Shown piece after piece: positions 27,793-37,415 of a stretch of 64,000 nt of DNA. The notes under the pieces are model-generated. The model worked only from the letters and a program-made list of their open reading frames with translations. It did not search any database and was not told where the DNA came from. Made by a program: the position numbers and the translations under genes. Numbering within the stretch: position 1 is the first letter of the stretch; every line of letters begins with the position of its first letter. Source of the stretch: an uncultured delta proteobacterium (lineage in GTDB: Bacteria; Desulfobacterota; Desulfobacteria; Desulfobacterales; QNYZ01); NCBI GenBank assembly GCA_963845145.1, contig CAWJQU010000005.1, forward strand, positions 672,001 to 736,000. The letters are read 5' to 3'.

Positions 27793-28698
27793 ATGCGCAA
27801 ATTAGCTTTTGGATACTCAACCAGATGCAATATCAAATGCGAGCACTGTGTGGCTGTGGAAGATATTCCTGATAGCAAGAAAATGGATCATAATAAGGCA
27901 AAAGAAATCATTGTCGAAATGGCCCAGGCAGGTGTTGGCGGAATAAGTTTTTCCGCGGGTGAACCGTTTCTGTATGTCAATGAAATTGCAGAACTGGTGA
28001 AACTGTGCAAACAAATCGGAATATATACGAGAATGGTGACTAATAGTTATTGGGCGAAGACAGCAGAGGCTTCCGAAAGCCTGGTGTCAGCATTGAAAGA
28101 AAACGGGCTTTGCCAATTGAGATTGAGTTACTCAAGGTGGCACCAGAAGAATATAGATCGGAACAATGTGTTGAATGCGGCACGCAGCTGCCAAAAGGTC
28201 GGGTTAAATTATTTTATTTCATTCGTTACCGATTTTTCCATAGAGGACGACCCCTATGAACAGTTTTTACGGGATCATGGTCTTATATTTTTTCCCGAAC
28301 CCGTCATATATGCAGGTCGCGCCACATCTTTCAAACGCAGGGAAATCATGACTGATTATCAGGCCAATTGTTGCGACATGAACCCCTATCTTACGCCGGA
28401 TCTTGACATGTACGCCTGCTGCGATGCAGGGACCCATTTCCCGGAAACAAACTTTTTCCACCTTGGGAACCTAAACGACAATACAATGGAACAGCTTTTT
28501 ACTAAAACTGAAACAGACCGCCTGTACGGCCTCATCAGAACCATGGGGTTGACCAATATTGCATCCTTTACCGGTATGAAAGCCCGCGAGATCATCACCT
28601 ATAGTAAATGCGAGCTGTGTCGAAAACTGTTCAACACCCCTGGGACCTTAACGCGGCTGCGGGCCGAAGTGTCGCAACTGGCGGCCTGGAGCAGATAG
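27793..28698 (+). CDS. Radical SAM protein with C-terminal Cys-rich region
   Basis: CNIKCEHC, FSAGEPF, TNSYW; CC/CC/CxxC at the C-terminus; ATG directly at the IS boundary. Confidence 0.88.
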   Translation: MRKLAFGYSTRCNIKCEHCVAVEDIPDSKKMDHNKAKEIIVEMAQAGVGGISFSAGEPFLYVNEIAELVKLCKQIGIYTRMVTNSYWAKTAEASESLVSALKENGLCQLRLSYSRWHQKNIDRNNVLNAARSCQKVGLNYFISFVTDFSIEDDPYEQFLRDHGLIFFPEPVIYAGRATSFKRREIMTDYQANCCDMNPYLTPDLDMYACCDAGTHFPETNFFHLGNLNDNTMEQLFTKTETDRLYGLIRTMGLTNIASFTGMKAREIITYSKCELCRKLFNTPGTLTRLRAEVSQLAAWSR

Positions 28699-28787
28699 GG
28701 CGCAATGGGTGGGGAATCGGGCTCGGGGCCAAAGGGTTTATCAAACGACATACATTTTACATGCATGCCGTTTGACGTCACACTTAA

Positions 28788-31254
28788 TCAATTCCCTAAA
28801 GTTGCTTCGTTATGCGTGTTAATTCCGGAAAGCGTCCCAATCATAAGCGCTTCCGGTTTTGGAAGATCAAGATCCAATGTCTCTTTAATCAGGTCCTCAA
28901 CCGTATGAATCGTTACAAATATCAATTGTTCTTTTACATCTTCAGGGATATCAATAAGGTCTTTCTCATTCTCTTCCGGTAAAAGAATTTTTTCGATCCC
29001 AGCCCGGTGGGCGGCCAAAACCTTTTCTTTGATACCCCCGATGGGTAAAATGTGACCCCTTAAGGTGATTTCTCCTGTCATCGCCAGCTTTGGATCAATT
29101 TTTCGGCCCATTATAAGCGAGGCTATCGAAGTAAACATGACAACGCCCGCCGAAGGACCGTCTTTAGGCAATGCACCGGCAGGTACATGGATATGCAGAT
29201 CCTTTTTCTCGAAGTCAAAATCGGGTAATGAAAAGGCCAACCTGGATCTGAACAAGCTCAGAGATATTGTAGCAGATTCTTTCATCACATCTCCCAACTG
29301 ACCGGTTAAAGTCAGCTTGCCATTTCCAGGCATATGGGTTGCCTCAATGAAAAGGATCTCGCCGCCCATCGGTGTCCAGGCAAGTCCGGTAACAACCCCC
29401 GGCGGGTTATCCATTTGGGCCACATCGTGTCTGATTACCGGATGACCCAAAATGTCATCAAGTGAATCCGGGGTAACTTTGTAGGGAAGCTCGGTGGTGC
29501 CTGAAACAATTTTTTCTGAGACAACCCGGGCCACCTTGGCCAGTTGATTACGAAGACCCCGAACACCCGCTTCAACCGTATATTTATCTATGATTGCTTT
29601 TAACGCCTCATCATCAATTTTAAGCTGAGACTTCTCTATGCCATGTTCCTCAAGAACAAGCTTTACAAGGTAATCTTTTCCAATATGAAATTTTTCATTT
29701 CCGGTATAACCCGAAAGTTCAATCACTTCCATCCGGTCTAAAAGTGGTGCGGGGATTCCTCTCCTACTGTTAGCCGTTGCAACAAAAAAGACATCGGACA
29801 GGTCATAGGGGACCTCAAGGTAATGATCGGAAAATGTATGATTCTGTTCCGGATCTAGTAACCTCTAATAATGCACTTGATGGATCTCCATGGAATGCGG
29901 AAACCAGTTTATCCACTTCATCCAGGACGAAAACAGGATTTTTCTCACCTGCTTTTTTCATTCCCTGGATAATTCTACCCGGAAGGGCACCAATATATGT
30001 TCTTCTATGCCCTCTTATTTCAGCTTCATCCCTGATGCCACCCAGGCTGATCCGGACATATTTTCTTTTTAAGGCCTCGGCAATACTCTTTCCAAGGCTG
30101 GTTTTTCCTGTGCCGGGAGGACCCACGAGAAGCAGAATGGACCCTTGTTTTTCTTTTTTCAGCTTCATCACAGACAGGTGCTGAATGATACGTTCTTTTA
30201 CTTTCTTCTGCCCATAGTGATGTTCATCCAGCAGCATAGACGCATTTTTAATATCGATATCTTTTTCTGCTGTAATGCGCCATGGAAGCGCCACAAGAAG
30301 ATCAAGGTAGTTTTTTATGATGCCCGTCTCGTGGCTCCCCTGTCCTTGATCATTTAATTTTGAGAGCTCATCCAATGCAACCTGCTCTATATCTTCGGGC
30401 ATACCTGCGTCTTTAATAAGTCCGGCATAATCTTTTTTACCCCCTGGTTTCGAGGATTTGGGAGAATCCTCATTAAGTTCCTCACGGATATTTTTTAACT
30501 GTTCCTTTAGAAACGCTTTTCTGTAATTTTTATTGGCCTGGTCTGAGAACTTTTGGGCCATCTCGATCTGAAGTTTTATGGATTCTTTATGTTGAATAAG
30601 AATGTCCATAAAGGCAATGCCTCTCTCCTTTAATGAGTCAATTTCTAGAAGATGCTGTTTTTCCTCGATTGGAATTGTCACAAACGGTAGAAGGTATCCC
30701 ATTAATTTCGGGATTGAATCTATCTGTTTGATCGTTTTGACATAGGATTCCGATCCCTTAAAAAAAGTGCTCAATTCATAGGTTATTTTCTTGATATATT
30801 CGAGCATCTGGTCCCGGCCTTTTGAATCTATATCGATATGCTCAGGCGCCGGAAGGTGTATCGCCAGAACTTTACCCGGTGTCGTTCGAATGGATTCAAT
30901 GGCGATTCTGGTGTGCGCCGTTACATGGAAAATATCATGATCGCGCTGTGATGTGTGGGATTTGAGTTGGACCAATGTTCCCATAGAAAAAAATAATTCC
31001 GTATCCACATGATCCGGATTTGTATAATCCCGATCTGTATGAATCGGGTCTGTTCGATTTGGGTCCGTATGATTTGGGTTAAACCTTTCTTTAGTCGTAA
31101 GCGCGACCGCCCAGTCATTTCCCTGGGCTATTTGATTTTTTAAAATTTTAGCCAGGTGACTGCTGACCCGAATTTTTGCGTCTGATTCCGGAAATACGAC
31201 GGTTTGTGTTAACGGTATGACAACAAGCTCTGTGTTCACATGGGTTGACGCCAT
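28788..31254 (-). pseudogene. lon: Lon protease (endopeptidase La), +1 frameshift near 29860
   Basis: GPPGTGKT, EIRGHRRTYIGALPG, DEVDK, LLEV|LDPEQN junction, PKDGPSAG (Ser), GGIKEK (Lys). Confidence 0.9.
31005..31081 (-). repeat. In-frame 15-bp degenerate tandem repeat (about 5 units) in the Lon N-domain
   Basis: Encodes NPNHT-DPNRT-DPIHT-DRDYT-NPDHV. Confidence 0.7.
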
Positions 31255-31488
31255 TTTATACTCCCTTTTATATCTGTTCACATCCAGTACTTTAGGAATA
31301 TGATAGGCATGATTTAATTTAGTTCAACACAAACTAACATAAAATTGTTTTAAAGGGGAAATTTAACCACTGGCCAAATGGGTTAAAAAAATTGTAAAGC
31401 ATTGAAATACAGTACTTTATCTTGACAAAATTATTTAAGTAAATTAGTAAGTAATGAACAAACTAATATAAATGAGAGTGGGTTTATT

Positions 31489-31899
31489 TTGAAAAGAGAA
31501 TTAATCTACGAAGCTGTTAGAAAGTTCAACAGTTTAGGGCATGAATGCAATCTTGAAATCTCTGACAAACTTGGAATGTCCAAACTTCAATTAAATCAAC
31601 TGCACTATCTTAAGGTTATTGACAGAACCGTTGATATAACGTTCGGAAAATTTGCGGAGATTTTAAAGATCACAAAACCATCCGTTACTGAAATCGTTAA
31701 TAAACTGATTAAACTGGACTGTGTTGAAAAAAAACGCTGCCACACGGACAAACGTATATTTTATATCAAACTGACGGATAAAGGTCGCAATATCGCCCGG
31801 TTGCAATACCTTGCGGAACAAAGAGTTGTCGATATCATTTTCACTGTTTTTGACAATGAAGAAATCGACACGTTTATTAAATTAATAAAGAAATTATAA
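31489..31899 (+). CDS. MarR family regulator, divergent from lon
   Basis: ITKPSVTEIVNKL, DKRIFYIKLTDKG; TTAGTT-N7-AACTAA palindrome at 31319-31337 in the intergenic region. Confidence 0.9.
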   Translation: MKRELIYEAVRKFNSLGHECNLEISDKLGMSKLQLNQLHYLKVIDRTVDITFGKFAEILKITKPSVTEIVNKLIKLDCVEKKRCHTDKRIFYIKLTDKGRNIARLQYLAEQRVVDIIFTVFDNEEIDTFIKLIKKL

Positions 31900-31913
31900 C
31901 GAATTGAAGCAAT

Positions 31914-32534
31914 ATGAGCATGATATTTGGAAAAAAGAAAAAAATTTCAACCCTGGACGACGTGCTCAATTCGAGTTGGCGGATTCTGCATACCGGTGCC
32001 CGAAACTTCAGGCATCCGTTTCACCGACCAACCCTTGCCACCATGGATGGCAGCAAACCCGAAGTGCGGACGGTCATCCTGAGGGGGTTTTCGGAAAAAG
32101 ACCGGACATTGATTTGCTATTGTGATGCCCGAACACCCAAGGTTTCACAGATCCGGGGTAATCCCAATGTGAGCTGGTTGTTTTATCATCCAAAAAAGTG
32201 GCTACAGCTACGTCTTTCAGGAACGGCTTCGGTGCATACCAACGATAAAAGGGCTGAATCCCAATGGAAAAAGGTGCGTCCGGTTCGTCGAATCGACTAC
32301 TGCTCCGAAACCCCGCCGGGTTCACCCACTGAAAAACCGTCTCAGGATCCGTCGCATTTTCTTCGTAATAAAGCACCCAAACTGTTTGACCATCCGGGGG
32401 CCCGGAAAAATTTTGCCGTCATTGTCTGCCGATTCGATCAAATGGACTGGCTGCTGTTGAAATTGACGGGTCACATTCGAGCCCAATTTCATTGGGAAGA
32501 TAATCGGATGGACGCATCCTGGGTAACCCCCTAA
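31914..32534 (+). CDS. Pyridoxamine 5'-phosphate oxidase-like FMN-binding protein
   Basis: HPFHRPTLAT, PEVRTVILRG, DARTPK, LQLRLSG. Confidence 0.85.
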   Translation: MSMIFGKKKKISTLDDVLNSSWRILHTGARNFRHPFHRPTLATMDGSKPEVRTVILRGFSEKDRTLICYCDARTPKVSQIRGNPNVSWLFYHPKKWLQLRLSGTASVHTNDKRAESQWKKVRPVRRIDYCSETPPGSPTEKPSQDPSHFLRNKAPKLFDHPGARKNFAVIVCRFDQMDWLLLKLTGHIRAQFHWEDNRMDASWVTP

Positions 32535-32621
32535 TCTATAATCTTGAATCAAGGATCAATCGCACGCACGACGATTCATCTGTCAGACATTTCATTCAAT
32601 GATGATTCTGAAACATACTCT

Positions 32622-32876
32622 CTAAGATATTTTATCCTTTAGGATCAATCGCTTGACGGCGTTACTGATCCACTTGCCGGGCCAGGATGAAATAGCATAC
32701 CCGATAGCGGCGCACATGATGTAGAGCATGACCACGGCCCCGGTTCCCATATCCGGCTTTGAGATGGCCGGTACAAGAAAATAGGCAGCCGCGACGCCAA
32801 TGATAATCTGCCAGGTGTCCGGCAGGAACAGGATGTAGAAAAAAATGTATGTGGGGGTCAGCTTTCTTTTTGCCAC
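32622..32876 (-). CDS. Small membrane hypothetical protein
   Basis: Two to three hydrophobic segments; GTG start. Confidence 0.6.
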   Translation of the reverse strand: MAKRKLTPTYIFFYILFLPDTWQIIIGVAAAYFLVPAISKPDMGTGAVVMLYIMCAAIGYAISSWPGKWISNAVKRLILKDKIS

Positions 32877-33190
32877 AACAGCGCCTCGCTTGTTAAAAAT
32901 CGTCTTGTCCAACGATTACACCATATAGATCATTAAGTCAGAGACCCTTTCCGACCCTGTCTGATCTGATAATGAACCAATTGGTAAAAACGGTTAATCA
33001 GAATACCCATGTGTATTTAAACCATATCAAAAAAGTAACCTCAGATACATAGAGTGCTTTAAACAACCCTTGAATTACCGTGGTCAGGCCCTACTTTGTG
33101 GGAACTTTTCCCGCTTAAAAACCGGGATCTCCGACTTACCTATCACGAATCATTGATCCTAGCTTATGAAGTTAACGAAGGAAATTTATA

Positions 33191-33493
33191 ATGCCGAACC
33201 AAAAAGAATCACCCTATGTCGCCCATGTTTTTGTTTGTACAAATGATCGTGGGGGGAAAAGGAAATCCTGCGCAGACGATAACAGCCCGCTTATTAAATC
33301 TAAATTGAAGGAGACCATCAACGAGAAAGGCTGGAAAGGAAAGGTCCGGATTAGCACATCGGGGTGTATGGGGCTTTGCGCCCAGGGGCCCAATGTGATG
33401 ATTTACCCCCAGAAGATATGGTTTTCCGAAGTTTTTCCTGACAATATGGATGAAATCGTGTCCACTCTTGAGCATATCATGGCAGATGCTTGA
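33191..33493 (+). CDS. Thioredoxin-like [2Fe-2S] ferredoxin
   Basis: HVFVCTN..SC..SGCMGLCAQGPNVMIYP. Confidence 0.9.
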   Translation: MPNQKESPYVAHVFVCTNDRGGKRKSCADDNSPLIKSKLKETINEKGWKGKVRISTSGCMGLCAQGPNVMIYPQKIWFSEVFPDNMDEIVSTLEHIMADA

Positions 33494-33576
33494 ATCTAAT
33501 TTATTTGGTTATCTCTTATCCTCCCATTTCTTTAGATATTGAATAATATCCCTCATACGGAGAGTGAAAGTAACTG

Positions 33577-34305
33577 ATGAACCTGCAGGCGTTCGAGCTT
33601 CTTTTTGATAATTATGTTCTTCGAGGAGATGCCTATGAGGAGGGCTGTAATACAATAGTGCTGCATGGCGCCGGCAAGTCATCACGAGCACGGTTCACAA
33701 AAATACGGGGGAGGTTAAATGCTTACGGCATTCCTTCTGTCAGCTTCGATTTCATCGGACACGGCGAGACCGGAGGTGATATTTTGGACACAAGTCTACA
33801 TGGAAGGACCAGGCAAGCTGCGGTTGTCATTCGACACACTTGTATAGAACCGCTTACACTAATAGCTGCCAGCATGAGTGCATATACCGCTGTAAAGCTC
33901 ACTGAAATATTTTCGGTTAATAACCTGGTTTTGCTGGTACCAGCTGCCTATACGCCTAAAGCATACCACCTTACTTTTGGTGCTGAGTTCTCGGAGACCA
34001 TTCGCGTTCCCAACAGCTGGGAAGATTCGGACGCTTTTAGTATCTTAGAAAATTTCAAGGGAAACCTTTTAATCATCGCAGCTGAGAATGACACTGTCAT
34101 TCCAGCAGAAGTGGTAAAAAGAATTCGGCAATCAGCAAAGCAAGCCAAAACAAATCTTCTTCATATTGTACCGAATTCAGAGCATACATCTCTTTTCCCT
34201 AAATCCCAGGATTTCCAGATGGCGCTGGATATGATTATTGAGGTGTGTCGTGGTATACGGAATACCAAGCCAATTCAGCCGATTAAAAACCGCGCGACCG
34301 GCTAA
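33577..34305 (+). CDS. Alpha/beta hydrolase
   Basis: LHGAG, FDFIGHGE, AASMS nucleophile-like elbow, D..IP, H. Confidence 0.82.
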   Translation: MNLQAFELLFDNYVLRGDAYEEGCNTIVLHGAGKSSRARFTKIRGRLNAYGIPSVSFDFIGHGETGGDILDTSLHGRTRQAAVVIRHTCIEPLTLIAASMSAYTAVKLTEIFSVNNLVLLVPAAYTPKAYHLTFGAEFSETIRVPNSWEDSDAFSILENFKGNLLIIAAENDTVIPAEVVKRIRQSAKQAKTNLLHIVPNSEHTSLFPKSQDFQMALDMIIEVCRGIRNTKPIQPIKNRATG

Positions 34306-34373
34306 CTGCGCTGAAACTATTGAGACCCGGTTAGGCCAAGACAATGGAAAACGCATGTTGAATCAATTCCATA

Positions 34374-35678
34374 TTATATCTTACCCACCGTTTTTTCGCT
34401 TTGCCGCCGAAGCAGAAGATTCAATACCGGCGGCACCATTAGGGTACTGATAACCACCATCACGATCATGGCCGCAAACAGGGCATCGGATAGCACGCCC
34501 AGCGCCTTACCCGTGGCCGCAAAAATCAAGGTAACCTCACCTCGGGGAACAAGGCCCCATCCTACGACCATCTTGTTGACCTTTCCGGCAGATAACCCGG
34601 CGATCAATTTTCCGCCAAAACCGGCCAGGGAGAGCCCCAGGGCCAGCAATAGGATTCGGGGATCGAGAAAAACCTTCAGGTTCACTTCCATCCCCGTCAT
34701 CACAAAAAAGAGTGGCACCAGGAAGAATCCCAGGGGTTTGACCAGGGTCTCCACATGGGATTCGGCGTAGGTCTCCAGCACACCGACGACTCGCGTGTGA
34801 ACGTGGGGGCGGGAATCTTCGATGGCCGCCTCAACATCGTCCACAATGGCCGGATCGTCAAAATGGGTGAATGTCACCGGCTTTAACACCAGTCCGGCGG
34901 CAAAAGCACCCACAATCGGGGCCAGACCCGCCCAGTCTGCCAAAAACGCAAATACCAGACAGAAACAGATGGCCAGAATAAATTTCATTCCCACGCCGGG
35001 GTGGATATGTGACAACAAACGGCCGAGGCGCACGGCCAGCAATTGACCCAACACGATGGCCCCTGCGAGAAACATCACGGCCTTGAGCGCAATCCAACCC
35101 ACAGCGGGGATACCGATATTTCCAGACTCCACCATGGCTTTAAGAATGGCCAATAAGCTAAGGCAGAGTACATCGTCGATAACGGCCGCCCCCAATACAA
35201 TGCTGGCCTCCCGGCTCTGAAGCTGATCCCGGTCCTTGAAAACCCGGGCGGTGATGCCTACGGAGGTGGCGCTTAACATGGCACCCAGAAAAAGCCGTCC
35301 ATTGCTGGTCATATCCGGGAGAAGGATCGGTGGGATCACCGCATAACCGAGAAAAAAGGGTAGCGCCACCCCAATGATGGCCACCACTACCACCCGTGGC
35401 CCCACACGCTGAATTTCATCGATATTCGATTCCAGGCCCACCTGGAAAAGCAGAATGACGACCCCGAGTTGCGCTAAAAAATGGATCACCGGTTCATGCT
35501 TTAGCGGTTCGGCGGTATGCCAACCCATCAGCACCAGGTTACCCAGTACGATGCCCACAAATAGCTCTCCCAGCACCGCCGGTTGACCGAACCGTTCGAT
35601 TAAGCTGGAAATCCTGGACAACAGCAGGATCACGGCAATCCAGAAAAAATGGTCCGCGATAGTCATGCTTTCAACCAT
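34374..35678 (-). CDS. Cation:proton antiporter (CPA2)
   Basis: GQPAVLGEL, ATSVGITARV, AAVIDDV, PRGEV. Confidence 0.92.
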   Translation of the reverse strand: MVESMTIADHFFWIAVILLLSRISSLIERFGQPAVLGELFVGIVLGNLVLMGWHTAEPLKHEPVIHFLAQLGVVILLFQVGLESNIDEIQRVGPRVVVVAIIGVALPFFLGYAVIPPILLPDMTSNGRLFLGAMLSATSVGITARVFKDRDQLQSREASIVLGAAVIDDVLCLSLLAILKAMVESGNIGIPAVGWIALKAVMFLAGAIVLGQLLAVRLGRLLSHIHPGVGMKFILAICFCLVFAFLADWAGLAPIVGAFAAGLVLKPVTFTHFDDPAIVDDVEAAIEDSRPHVHTRVVGVLETYAESHVETLVKPLGFFLVPLFFVMTGMEVNLKVFLDPRILLLALGLSLAGFGGKLIAGLSAGKVNKMVVGWGLVPRGEVTLIFAATGKALGVLSDALFAAMIVMVVISTLMVPPVLNLLLRRQSEKTVGKI

Positions 35679-35997
35679 TTAAACTCCCGAGTCAGTTAAA
35701 AGAAATTGAATGCAATTTCACTAAAAGTGAGGACATTTTATAGTGAAACGGTCTGGGTGGCAACCCGGGGGACACACCCGGTGGATACATCTGGTCAGAA
35801 TGAATGACTAAAACGCGTATAGAGTTTTTATTCTTTGGCTATGAATATCTTGACAACCCATACTTTTTGCAACAATATCAAATGGTCTGGAACCATTATC
35901 GGCAGCACATCCCACTACATGTTCTTGTAAAATAATTTGCATCAGGTGTAAGAATAATCAATCGGCACCTTTTACCAAAGGAGAAAGAAAGCAAAAA

Positions 35998-36387
35998 GTG
36001 AAACCCACCAATTACTACCACCTATTGGAAATACCCAGAGACGCCACCGCGAATGATATCAAAAAGGCCTATCGAAACCTTGCCCGTGAATTTCATCCGG
36101 ATGTAAATACCAAAGAGGATGCGGCGGAAAAATTTAAAGCCATTGGCGAAGCCTACGCCGTATTGAGTGACGACTTCAAGCGACAGGTCTATGACCAAAC
36201 GGGAAGAACCGATTTTTCCGAAGGCCAAACCACCGCCAAGCCCTTTTATCCGGGTCGGAGCATGGGGGGATGTGTCGGCAAATGCAGCGGGATTGAAGCC
36301 ATTTTTCGAAGGGGTGAAGCGTATAAACGAAGGAAAGCCGCCGCCAGGCAACAGCCAGAGATATGTTCAGAAAATGAACGCTCTTAA
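35998..36387 (+). CDS. Small DnaJ-domain protein
   Basis: NYYHLL..IKKAYRNLAREFHPD..AYAVLSD..YD. Confidence 0.88.
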   Translation: MKPTNYYHLLEIPRDATANDIKKAYRNLAREFHPDVNTKEDAAEKFKAIGEAYAVLSDDFKRQVYDQTGRTDFSEGQTTAKPFYPGRSMGGCVGKCSGIEAIFRRGEAYKRRKAAARQQPEICSENERS

Positions 36388-36532
36388 AAGAAATTCAAAG
36401 CTTTTCCGCCCATCGATTTGCTGCCGGACTTATATAGACTCGCATTAGAAAAACATACGGAAGAAGACCCGCGTGATGCGTTTTGAGTCAATAATGGGGC
36501 CAAATACGCTTAACCTGAAGGGGAGTTGTACC

Positions 36533-37414
36533 GTGAAATTAAGTACCCGCCTGGTGGGCACGCCACTTAAAAAATATCAAACCGAGATCAGCTTGCGGCA
36601 AACCACCAATTATGCCGCATCCGTCCAGGACAACAATCCAAAATATTTTGATGACACACAGGAGCAGGGCGTGTTGTCGCATCCCATGTTCCCGGTATCC
36701 GTTACCTGGCCTATTTTAAGTCGGCTGGGAACGTTCATCGCGTCCGATGACTTTCCCGAAGAAGTATTGATGACCCAGGTACACTACACGGAACACCTCA
36801 TTTTGCATCGATTGATACGGCCAGGTGATAGCCTGTCCATTGCTGGAGATTTAAAGGCTTTTTTACCCCATCGTGCGGGAACCCATGCCATTATCTGTCT
36901 TGAAGCAAAAGATAACAACAACCACCCGGTCTTTACAGAATACATTGGTGCGATGTTACGAGGGGTGGCCTCTGGAGAAGGGAAAACAGCTGGGGTGCTT
37001 CCAATGGTCCCGGAAAATCACACCGATAAGGAAGTTGTCTGGACGTCCGATATCTATATTGATCCTGAGCGCCCCTATATTTATGATGGATGCAGCAACA
37101 TTGAATTTCCGATCCACACATCACCTCAGTTTGCCAGGGCAGTGGGCCTGCCTGGAATTATTTTGCAGGGAACCGCTACCCTGGCATACGCTGTCCGCGA
37201 AATGGTTGACAAAGAAGCCGCAAAAAATTCGGCCAGGATTTCCGAGATTGCATGCCGGTTTACGGGCATGGTCCGGCCTGGAACCAACATAAAGGTATGT
37301 TGTACAGGAAAGAAAACACATAAGACGTTTACCGATGTTTTTTTTGAAGTCCGAAATTGTGAAAATAAAAAGGCTGTTCGCGGCGGATATATAAAAATTT
37401 TAAAGGGGTCTTAG
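36533..37414 (+). CDS. Double hotdog MaoC-type dehydratase
   Basis: YAASVQDNNP, HPMFPV, PIHTSPQFARAVGLPGIILQG, RFTGMVRPG. Confidence 0.82.
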   Translation: MKLSTRLVGTPLKKYQTEISLRQTTNYAASVQDNNPKYFDDTQEQGVLSHPMFPVSVTWPILSRLGTFIASDDFPEEVLMTQVHYTEHLILHRLIRPGDSLSIAGDLKAFLPHRAGTHAIICLEAKDNNNHPVFTEYIGAMLRGVASGEGKTAGVLPMVPENHTDKEVVWTSDIYIDPERPYIYDGCSNIEFPIHTSPQFARAVGLPGIILQGTATLAYAVREMVDKEAAKNSARISEIACRFTGMVRPGTNIKVCCTGKKTHKTFTDVFFEVRNCENKKAVRGGYIKILKGS

Positions 37415-37415
37415 A

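Noticed and set aside
29840..29875. Programmed ribosomal frameshift in lon
   Set aside because: No slippery sequence at the junction, and it is one of many similar +1 indels nearby.
35690..35800. Na+/Li+ riboswitch upstream of the CPA2 antiporter
   Set aside because: GC-rich hairpins are present but I could not match the nhaA-I, nhaA-II or DUF1646 consensus; an Rfam scan is needed.
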